A stretch of 64,000 bases of DNA. It comes from Candidatus Nomurabacteria bacterium (GTDB lineage Bacteria; Patescibacteriota; Saccharimonadia; Saccharimonadales; JAGQNJ01). The stretch lies in NCBI GenBank assembly GCA_023898625.1, contig CP060231.1:801890-865889 (forward strand), in the 5' to 3' direction. Each line of letters opens with the position of its first letter. The stretch's first letter is position 1. This document shows, one piece after another, positions 57,418 to 64,000 of the stretch. Both the position numbers and the translations under genes were made by a program. Below the pieces are notes generated by a model. That model saw only the letters and a program-made list of their open reading frames with translations. It was not told the origin of the DNA and made no database searches.

Positions 57418-58344
57418 TTATGATTTGCTTAATATACGTCGGAGCTCTCTAGGGATAAACGGTGCAGCTTCTTTTGCTGTAGCTACAACAGTTGGAGCAT
57501 GCACCTTTTCTTTTGATTTAATGATATATACATTTTTATAGATAATCGCCAGATGTTGCTCAACACGATGATTATCAAAATACCTATCAACATCTATTGC
57601 GACATGATAAACATCAAGGTCTACACGAACATCACATGTATCAGCCTTTAGCATAGAAATTGTAGTATCCATATATGTCCTTATATCATTGGATTGCCAC
57701 AATCCGATTTCAAAATTGATGCGTTTATCTACTTCTTGCTTATCTGCCCCCGCAAGCTTACTATGACTACTGCCTTGCAGTTTATAGCAAGCACGAATAA
57801 TAGGAGCTCGAAGAACAAAAGTTCGCATAAACCAAGCAGGATATTTTCTTGAAAAGATTTCCGCCATCGTACGCAAGGGCCACTTAATTCTTCTTGGCAA
57901 AATAAAATCATCACGATGAGCAAAGCCAACAACACTAACCAGAATATCGACTCGTTTTGCAATTTCTGGATACTTCTGAAGCATTTTTGTTGTTATTAAA
58001 AATCCTAATGACATCGCCATGATAGTAATTCGTCGTCTTTTATATCTTAATTTTATGAATGCAGCTAGGTAATCTGCGAGGTTATCTAACGACGGTTTTT
58101 CGCCAATACTATAGAAGCTTTCCATACCACCAAATCCCGGTAAATCAGGTACTGTTACGGCACCGTATTTGTTAAGTTCTTCCACGAAACCTATCATCCT
58201 CTCGATACTGGCATGATGCCCATAGACCATAAGTATCTCTCGGCGTTTTTTGTTTTGCGGAGCAACTCTAAGCATACGACCATGTAAGCCATTTATATTT
58301 AATGGAATAATAGCCTCGTTGAGGTTATACCTTTCTTTTGACAT
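57418..58344 (-). CDS. Alpha/beta-fold hydrolase
   Basis: Nucleophile elbow AMSLG and VYGHHASIERM. The start is set to the ATG at 58344, downstream of TTGACG-17-TACAGT. The track start at 58371 is a GTG inside that promoter. Confidence 0.6.
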   Translation of the reverse strand: MSKERYNLNEAIIPLNINGLHGRMLRVAPQNKKRREILMVYGHHASIERMIGFVEELNKYGAVTVPDLPGFGGMESFYSIGEKPSLDNLADYLAAFIKLRYKRRRITIMAMSLGFLITTKMLQKYPEIAKRVDILVSVVGFAHRDDFILPRRIKWPLRTMAEIFSRKYPAWFMRTFVLRAPIIRACYKLQGSSHSKLAGADKQEVDKRINFEIGLWQSNDIRTYMDTTISMLKADTCDVRVDLDVYHVAIDVDRYFDNHRVEQHLAIIYKNVYIIKSKEKVHAPTVVATAKEAAPFIPRELRRILSKS

Positions 58345-58406
58345 CTTGTTTTGACTGTACCCGAAACACACACTAGCGTCAAGAATATAATGCTACAATA
58401 TAAGAC

Positions 58407-59162
58407 GTGAAACGAATAATAACAATATCGCTAATTATTGTATCTATACTGTGCGCCGTTGGTTTTCTTATTCTCAACAAAAACAAATCTCCAGCAAAAA
58501 GCCCAACACCACAAGAAACTCAGCAACCACAGAACACAACCCAGAACTCTTTTGATAAAACAAAATATTCTACATCAGATCCAACTAGTATCTGGGTTGT
58601 CGTCAACAAGAAAAACGGTATTCCAGAGTCATTCATACCAGAGCTTGTTGTCCCTGACGTTAAGCTTCGCCTCTCTCCAAACGAAGAACAAATGCAGATC
58701 AATAAACCTACGGCTACTGCAATAAAAGAGTTATTTGATGGAGCCGAAAAAGAAGGTGTCACATTAGTATTCGGTAGTGGATACCGCTCTGGAGTATTAC
58801 AAAAACAATTCTATGACTCCTACAAAGCTAAAGATGGTCAAAAAGGGGCCGATACATATAGCGCTAGACCAGGACATAGCGAGCATCAGACAGGTTTCTC
58901 TGCAGATCTTGATAGCGTAGGAAACAAATGCCATCTTGAAATTTGTTGGGAGGATACAATTGAAGGTAAGTGGATTAAAGACAATGCTTACAAGTATGGT
59001 TTTATTATTCGCTACCCAAAAGACAAACAATCTATAACAGGGTACCAGTATGAGCCTTGGCATATTCGATACGTTGGCAAAGAATTATCTCAAGAACTAC
59101 ATAAGACAAACAAAACACTTGAAGAGTTTTTTGATATGCCACCGGCGCCAGATTACAACTGA
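58407..59162 (+). CDS. VanY-type D-Ala-D-Ala carboxypeptidase (peptidase M15B)
   Basis: Signal anchor, then SGYRSGVLQKQFY, HSEHQTGFSADL and YEPWHIRYVG. Confidence 0.88.
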   Translation: MKRIITISLIIVSILCAVGFLILNKNKSPAKSPTPQETQQPQNTTQNSFDKTKYSTSDPTSIWVVVNKKNGIPESFIPELVVPDVKLRLSPNEEQMQINKPTATAIKELFDGAEKEGVTLVFGSGYRSGVLQKQFYDSYKAKDGQKGADTYSARPGHSEHQTGFSADLDSVGNKCHLEICWEDTIEGKWIKDNAYKYGFIIRYPKDKQSITGYQYEPWHIRYVGKELSQELHKTNKTLEEFFDMPPAPDYN

Positions 59163-60452
59163 TTAAGATTGAAGGAATTCATCTTTAGATATTAGTTTGA
59201 TTTGTGTTAACTTGTTGAGAGTTTGCGTAATGCGTGCCTTTTGTTCTTCGAATGTTGTATTGTTTTGAGACTTTTCTAAAGCTTCTTGTCCATCTTCAAA
59301 AGTATACATTCTAAAATTATGTCTTGCCATCAAGTCACCTTGAGCTTTTTCCTGTGCTGTCCATTCATAGTGCATATAGACCGGCAAATACTCTGTAGTC
59401 TGAATCTTTTTAGAATCGGGATCGATATCCATAGTAGCAATACCATTAAAGAGAGAAGGAGGGTCAAGTTGAGCATTAAGAAAGTTGCCAAGGCTATACC
59501 AAACAATCGCCTCTCTACCGTCATCAAGTTTGATCTTATCAACAGGTTCAAGCACGTGAGGGCCATGACCTAAAATAATATCCGCACCATAATTTGCTAG
59601 TTTGGGTGCTAGATTTTTTTGAGCAGTATTAACATCTGTAGAATATTCTGTACCCCAGCGCAAAGAAGCAATCACAATATCGGCATTTTGGCGTGCTTCT
59701 GTAAGCTGTTGCTTTGCTAATGAATCACTATACATCGTAACACTATATCCATTCGGCGACGGCTCGTTAGTATATGTCGTATATGACACAAATGCAAATT
59801 TTACACCTTTAACTTCAAAGTATCTAACTTTATTCATCTCTTCAGGTGACCGATTAGCACCAGCAACTGCTTTCACGCCCGGCAGTCCATCCCAAGCGCT
59901 CACTGAGGCAGAAATAACGTCTTGACTGAAATCGTTAACATGATTGCTACCTGTATTTATCACGTTACACCCAAGTTCTGCCATATCGCGCGCAAATTCT
60001 GTTGGAGAGTTAAACTTTGGATAGCCACTAATTCCAAATTCTGTACCACCACCAAGCACCGCCTGGTTGCAAAATTTAACATCACTATTGTCAAAATACT
60101 TCTTCATGTCTCCATACATCTGTGTATATTCATAGCTACCATCTGCCTGTTTGGCTTCTTGGTTTATGGCGTCATGAGGAATGAAATCGCCAGTAGCTAT
60201 TACTCTAATACGTTTCTTGTTTTGGTTTGACGCCTGATCGGTTTGTTGTTCTTTAACAGAACTTGATGTATTATTTGATGTTTTGTTGTTTTTGAAAAAC
60301 ACCAACCATACACTTACGATAATTAATGCTAGAATAATAATCCCAAAAATTATCATTGGAGTCTTACGCCTACTCTTTTTATATGGTTGTGGTGACATAT
60401 GTTCTATATTATAACCTTGTTCTGAAGTTGATTCTATGGGAGTATTCTTCAT
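59163..60452 (-). CDS. CapA/PgsA-family metallophosphatase-like protein (poly-gamma-glutamate/capsule synthesis family)
   Basis: VIATGDFIPHD, NTGSNHVND and LGHGPHVLEP. The start is set to the ATG at 60452, which overlaps the upstream stop as ATGA. Confidence 0.75.
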   Translation of the reverse strand: MKNTPIESTSEQGYNIEHMSPQPYKKSRRKTPMIIFGIIILALIIVSVWLVFFKNNKTSNNTSSSVKEQQTDQASNQNKKRIRVIATGDFIPHDAINQEAKQADGSYEYTQMYGDMKKYFDNSDVKFCNQAVLGGGTEFGISGYPKFNSPTEFARDMAELGCNVINTGSNHVNDFSQDVISASVSAWDGLPGVKAVAGANRSPEEMNKVRYFEVKGVKFAFVSYTTYTNEPSPNGYSVTMYSDSLAKQQLTEARQNADIVIASLRWGTEYSTDVNTAQKNLAPKLANYGADIILGHGPHVLEPVDKIKLDDGREAIVWYSLGNFLNAQLDPPSLFNGIATMDIDPDSKKIQTTEYLPVYMHYEWTAQEKAQGDLMARHNFRMYTFEDGQEALEKSQNNTTFEEQKARITQTLNKLTQIKLISKDEFLQS

Positions 60453-61276
60453 AGGTTGTTTGCACCTAGCCAATAAAATTGATTTAATCTTGCTTTTGTC
60501 ATTGATTGGTCAGTGCCAACTAGTATTGGAATCCAGCCAAATCGCTTTGCATTAGCATAATTATCTGTTGATAGCCATTTGTAACAGGTTGTCGTTTGAA
60601 AGTCTTGAACTCCATTACCACAGCTAAACACAACTCCATAACCAGTATGAAGCCACGAATACCCAGGAGGATCAACTTCGCCAATAATTTTAAGAATCTG
60701 ATTATCAGCTGAACCGTCGATAATCTGCTGTACTTGAATACCTTGATTAACTATTGCCTCGGCGAACAAACTTTTACTCTCATCAACCGAAACTTCACCT
60801 TTAATAGCAATCAAAGGGGTGTTATTTTTATGCGCATCATCAATAAGATCATTTAACGCTCGTCTTGCTAATGGTTGCAATACCACTTCTTTACCTGGAT
60901 TATTGTTGGAAATATCTGCCTTTGGTACGTTTGTGAGCTTAAATCCACGACTCTCAATAATCTGTTTGATTCTGCTATTCGCTTGTTCGTTTGATGTAAA
61001 TTGGGGCGTGTACACTATTGGCTTAGTGTTAGGAAGGCGCGAACTTTGTAGTAGTTTCACAAACTCTTGCTCTGTGTAATTTTGTTTTTTTGTTACATTG
61101 TTCTGTAAAGATTGTGCAATTACTAAGCTAGCCGAAACGTCATTAAGGTTATTAGTTCTGAGTACATATACTCCAACGATGACAGGTATTAAAATAATTG
61201 TCGCAAATATCCACCAAGTTGTTCTTTTTGTTGGTTTGTGGGTCTTTGTTTTTCTTGGCGCTTGAATAACACGCAT
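60449..61276 (-). CDS. Membrane-anchored VanY-like protein with degenerate active site
   Basis: Trimmed to MRVIQAPRKTK...WWIFATIILIPVIVGVYVL, because the track ORF runs on over tRNA-like DNA. PPGYSWLHTGYGVVF aligns with PGHSEHQTGFSADL, and NAKRFGWI...NQFYWLGAN aligns with NAYKYGFI...YEPWHIRYVG of the neighbouring VanY. The metal ligands are replaced. Confidence 0.55.
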   Translation of the reverse strand: MRVIQAPRKTKTHKPTKRTTWWIFATIILIPVIVGVYVLRTNNLNDVSASLVIAQSLQNNVTKKQNYTEQEFVKLLQSSRLPNTKPIVYTPQFTSNEQANSRIKQIIESRGFKLTNVPKADISNNNPGKEVVLQPLARRALNDLIDDAHKNNTPLIAIKGEVSVDESKSLFAEAIVNQGIQVQQIIDGSADNQILKIIGEVDPPGYSWLHTGYGVVFSCGNGVQDFQTTTCYKWLSTDNYANAKRFGWIPILVGTDQSMTKARLNQFYWLGANNL

Positions 61277-61362
61277 ACGCTTATATTGTACTCTATTGGT
61301 TGTTATTAGCGATAATATACTGTAAAATAAACAGGTTAAAACACATAGTATAACGAATTCAA

Positions 61363-61415
61363 TGGGATGTGGCCAACGCCGCACCGGCACCAGGTTTTGG
61401 TACTGGCATTCGGGG
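61363..61415 (+). pseudogene. Truncated copy of tRNA-Gln(TTG): 5' acceptor strand, scrambled D arm, anticodon arm
   Basis: TGGGATGTGGCCAA...GCACCAGGTTTTGGTACTGGCATTCGGGG is nearly identical to the intact gene at 61545. It then diverges and has no 3' acceptor strand. Confidence 0.7.
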
Positions 61416-61544
61416 TGAGAAATGCCGGTGGCATTTTGCAAGGAAATCTTCCGATGAAAACTTGTTTTCAATCGTGAAGTTTCGGGCTCGCCGAAGGTGA
61501 GTCGAGTCGGATTCGAACCCAATATAAGGTATAATTTAACATGA

Positions 61545-61619
61545 TGGGATGTGGCCAAGTGGTAAGGCACCAGGTTTTGGTCCTGGCATTCGGGGGTTCG
61601 AATCCCTCCATCCCAGCCA
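61545..61619 (+). tRNA. tRNA-Gln (anticodon TTG), CCA encoded
   Basis: Acceptor TGGGATG/CATCCCA, anticodon arm CCAGG-TTTTGGT-CCTGG, T arm GGGGGTTCGAATCCCTC. Confidence 0.9.
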
Positions 61620-61638
61620 ACTTCCTTAGTCTAGATTT

Positions 61639-61712
61639 TGGGGATTAGCCAAGCGGTAAGGCAGTGGGTTCTGGTCCCATGATCGGGGGTTCGAATCCCT
61701 CATCCCCAGCCA
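61639..61712 (+). tRNA. tRNA-Gln (anticodon CTG), CCA encoded
   Basis: Acceptor TGGGGAT/ATCCCCA, anticodon loop TTCTGGT, T arm GGGGGTTCGAATCCCTC. Confidence 0.9.
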
Positions 61713-61800
61713 GGCTTTTTGCTAAACTTAACCGATAGATATGTTGACTAATTCGCAACAGAATAGTTCGAGTCCCTTTTGGCCCTCCGTTAAGAAAACA

Positions 61801-61823
61801 GCTCACCAATGGTGGGCTTTTTT
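61801..61823 (+). terminator. Rho-independent terminator downstream of the tRNA-Gln pair
   Basis: GCTCACC-AAT-GGTGGGC (one G-U pair) followed by TTTTTT. Confidence 0.6.
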
Positions 61824-61989
61824 CTTGGTTGACGTGTTAACCGAGACTTGAACCCAATGCGGTTCGATAATCCCCCACCAACTTGTTGGCAAACGGGCGG
61901 ACTATACTCCAGTATTCCCAGATAGCCCTCCAATCCGCTTATGCTTAAAATAGAGATGTGATAATCTCTGTTTTTGTTACAATCAGAGT

Positions 61990-62229
61990 ATGAGAAAAAG
62001 ATGGGAAATGCCAGGCGATGTGCAAGAAGCAATCACATCGAGCGGCCTACAGCAAGAATATGATAGTCGTCCGCCCTATCAAAGAAACGACTACATTGGC
62101 TGGATTACTAAGGCTAAACGAACTGAAACAAGACAAAAAAGAATAGAACAAATGCTATCCGAATTAAAAGTCGGGAACGTTTATATGAAAATGTCCTGGA
62201 GCGGACAAAATAAATATTCTAATAAATAA
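61990..62229 (+). CDS. YdeI/OmpD-associated family small protein
   Basis: 79 aa with PPYQRNDYIGWITKAKRTETRQKRIEQMLSEL. Confidence 0.65.
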   Translation: MRKRWEMPGDVQEAITSSGLQQEYDSRPPYQRNDYIGWITKAKRTETRQKRIEQMLSELKVGNVYMKMSWSGQNKYSNK

Positions 62230-62380
62230 CGTTCGATCTCTGTCATTAAGATACCAATATCGAAATTTGGAACTTAGTTGCAACAAGAAGCACAGTGGCC
62301 CTCCAAAGTAAATTACAACACTTCTTGTGTAAAAACGTCTCTGTGTAGGGGCGTTTTTTGTTGCATGAGTAGTTGCATGA

Positions 62381-62397
62381 ATACCCCCCTTGGGTAT
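62381..62397 (+). promoter_or_regulatory. Candidate CsoR operator (ATACCC-N5-GGGTAT palindrome) within the csoR promoter
   Basis: ATACCCCCCTTGGGTAT lies between TTGCAT (62374-62379) and an A/T-rich -10-like TATATA/TATAGT, immediately upstream of the csoR ATG. The GTTGCATGA direct repeat at 62360-62380 is adjacent. Confidence 0.45.
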
Positions 62398-62402
62398 ATA
62401 GT

Positions 62403-62690
62403 ATGTCTATGATTCAAGATATTAAAAAACGCGCTACACATCGATCAAAGATTATTGAGGGACAGTTCAAGGGACTGGTTAAAGCTATTGAAAACGAGGA
62501 ATATTGCATAGATATTCTCACCCAAAGCTTGGCCATTCAGCAGTCCCTCCGTTCACTAAATAAACTCGTGCTGGAAAATCACATGAAGACCCACGTAAAA
62601 GAAGGTATGCGTGAAGGAGACGATAAGACTCAGCAGGAAATTATTGATGAGATGTTAAAGATTTATGACTTAACCAACATACGAGGTTAA
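62403..62690 (+). CDS. csoR: CsoR/RcnR-family metal-sensing transcriptional repressor
   Basis: HRSKIIEGQFKGLVKAIENEEYCIDILTQSLAIQQSLRSLNKLVLENHMKTH (DUF156 pattern). The start is set to the ATG at 62403. Confidence 0.85.
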   Translation: MSMIQDIKKRATHRSKIIEGQFKGLVKAIENEEYCIDILTQSLAIQQSLRSLNKLVLENHMKTHVKEGMREGDDKTQQEIIDEMLKIYDLTNIRG

Positions 62691-62693
62691 GTC

Positions 62694-64000
62694 ATGGATC
62701 ACCACGAACATCATAGTCACTCGAACCAAGGTGAGCACGATCACGACAAACATGCTGGCCATAGCCCAGACATGTTCAAGCAGAAATTTTGGTTGTCATT
62801 CTTTTTAACACTCCCTGTTCTATACTTTTCACAGACCATACAAGATTTACTTGGATATAAAGCTATTACATTCAATGGTAGTGAGTACATACCAGCAATA
62901 TTTGGCATCTTCATATTCTTCTATGGTGGCTTGGTATTTCTAAAGAGCGCCAAAACTGAGCTTGCATCCAGAAAACCCGGCATGATGACGCTTATATCGC
63001 TAGCAATTAGTGTCGCTTTTGTTTATAGCTCACTTATCACGCTAAACATAGTTGATGGCATGGACTTTTGGTGGGAGTTGGCCTCGCTGGTCACTATTAT
63101 GTTGCTCGGGCACTGGCTGGAGATGGCATCAGTCATGAATGCACAAGGGGCATTAAACGAGCTTGCAAAACTACTTCCGGATGAGGCAGAGCGAATAATT
63201 AAAGATGGTACGGAAAAAGTAGCGGTTTCTGAGCTAGAGGTTGGCGACATAGTGTTGGTTCGGCCAGGTGCTCAAATTCCTGTTGATGGAACTGTTATTA
63301 AGGGCGAGTCCAAGGTGAACGAGTCGATGCTCACCGGTGAGTCAAAGCCAGTCGATAAATCTAAAGATGATAATTTGGCAGCTGGGACAGTCAACGGCAG
63401 CGGTTCATTAACTATGAAAGTAACGAAGGTCGGTAACGACACCGCTCTTGCAGGGATTATGCGACTTGTTTCTGATGCACAGTCCAGCAAGTCAAAGACA
63501 CAGTTATTGGCAGATCAGGCAGCTGCTTACCTTTTCTACATTGCCCTAGGTGCCGCTTTTGTTACAGCAATTGGCTGGTCAGCTGCAGGAGAGTCAAGCG
63601 GTTATGTTTTAGAGCGAGTAGTGACTGTTCTCATAATAGCTTGCCCTCATGCACTTGGCTTGGCTATTCCGCTCGTTACTGCAATTTCAACCAGTAAAGC
63701 GGCTAGTGCAGGTGTCATAGTGCGTGAACGCAGCGCCCTTGAACTTTCTCGAAATGTGGACGTCGTGCTATTCGATAAAACCGGAACTTTAACAACTGGC
63801 GAACAAGGCGTTGTCGATATTATTACTGATAATGAAGAAGAATTGCTCGCTATTGCTGCTGGTATTGAAAACGACTCAGAACACCCCATAGCTCGAGCAA
63901 TAATTGCGAAAGCAGAAGACAAGAAAATTAAACCCAAGCTTGCTAAGAATTTCAGCGCACTCGAAGGCCGTGGTGCTAAGGCATCGATCGGTAAAGACAC
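62694..64000 (+). CDS. copB: Copper-translocating P1B-type ATPase, CopB-like (His-rich N-terminus, CPH motif); 3' end outside the window
   Basis: Absent from the ORF track because no stop is reached. It reads MDHHEHHSHSNQGEHDHDKHAGHS..., with TGESKPV, IACPHALGLA and the phosphorylation site DKTGTLT. The listed minus-strand ORFs at 63023-64000 are shadows. Confidence 0.9.
   Translation, partial: MDHHEHHSHSNQGEHDHDKHAGHSPDMFKQKFWLSFFLTLPVLYFSQTIQDLLGYKAITFNGSEYIPAIFGIFIFFYGGLVFLKSAKTELASRKPGMMTLISLAISVAFVYSSLITLNIVDGMDFWWELASLVTIMLLGHWLEMASVMNAQGALNELAKLLPDEAERIIKDGTEKVAVSELEVGDIVLVRPGAQIPVDGTVIKGESKVNESMLTGESKPVDKSKDDNLAAGTVNGSGSLTMKVTKVGNDTALAGIMRLVSDAQSSKSKTQLLADQAAAYLFYIALGAAFVTAIGWSAAGESSGYVLERVVTVLIIACPHALGLAIPLVTAISTSKAASAGVIVRERSALELSRNVDVVLFDKTGTLTTGEQGVVDIITDNEEELLAIAAGIENDSEHPIARAIIAKAEDKKIKPKLAKNFSALEGRGAKASIGKD

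Noticed and set aside
61277-61570. The N-terminal 98 codons of track ORF 60449-61570.
   Set aside because: This part overlaps the tRNA-Gln pseudogene and tRNA-like fragments and encodes no membrane or signal logic. A Met at 61276 followed by a basic stretch and a TM helix gives a sensible start.
61830-61930. Possible complete minus-strand class-II tRNA or tmRNA-like gene (GGAGGGCTATCTGGG...GGGTTCAAGTCTCGG...).
   Set aside because: I could not fold a consistent acceptor stem or anticodon arm, and the 5' and 3' ends are not complementary. I treat it as a tRNA-derived fragment within the hotspot finding.
63023-64000. Three minus-strand ORFs (63023-63250, 63272-63490 and 63647-64000).
   Set aside because: They are antisense shadows of the plus-strand P-type ATPase gene, whose TGES, CPH and DKTGT motifs are unambiguous.

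Overview
This 64 kb window looks like a streamlined, AT-rich genome of a Candidate Phyla Radiation bacterium, most plausibly Saccharibacteria/TM7. That placement is inferred from four observations. L30 is absent between S5 and L15. The envelope genes are Gram-positive-like (sortase, Rpf/LysM, VanY, GT4). Genes are tightly packed with ATGA/TAATG overlaps. TGA is used as a stop codon, so the standard code 11 applies.

The backbone is conserved housekeeping:
- The spc/alpha ribosomal operons (L5 to SecY, then IF-1 to L17, L13 and S9).
- secE-nusG-rplK-rplA and rplJ-rplL.
- trpS, cysS, holB, dnaX, dnaB, ybaB and recR.
- A dcd / tmk::thyX dTTP module.
- Six intact tRNAs, all with encoded CCA.
- An envelope cluster: two GT4 genes, an alpha/beta hydrolase, VanY, CapA and a dead VanY paralog.
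- A csoR-copB copper module that runs off the 3' edge.

The standout is at 4.5-13.8 kb. An intact IS481-family element and a 2,591-aa chimeric gene sit exactly where adk-map normally lie, between secY and infA. The chimeric gene encodes a huge adhesin-like ectodomain (DUF285/BspA-type LRR, PKD-like, FN3 and GLUG repeats, then a Pro/Thr stalk). This is fused through transmembrane helices to a histidine-kinase H-box and HATPase module. Its nucleotide composition is patchy and partly foreign-looking.

Other accessory signals:
- A 34-aa transmembrane micropeptide gene exactly filling the rpsH-rplF gap.
- ORFans wedged into nusG-rplK-rplA.
- L1 carrying a 93-aa N-terminal extension.
- A roughly 2.9 kb pseudogene graveyard (Fic and others) next to tRNA-Trp.
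- A GC-rich foreign patch.
- Two terminator/antiterminator leaders sharing a 9-mer ahead of ORFan genes.
- A tRNA-Gln locus littered with tRNA fragments.

I saw no rRNA genes and no CRISPR array.
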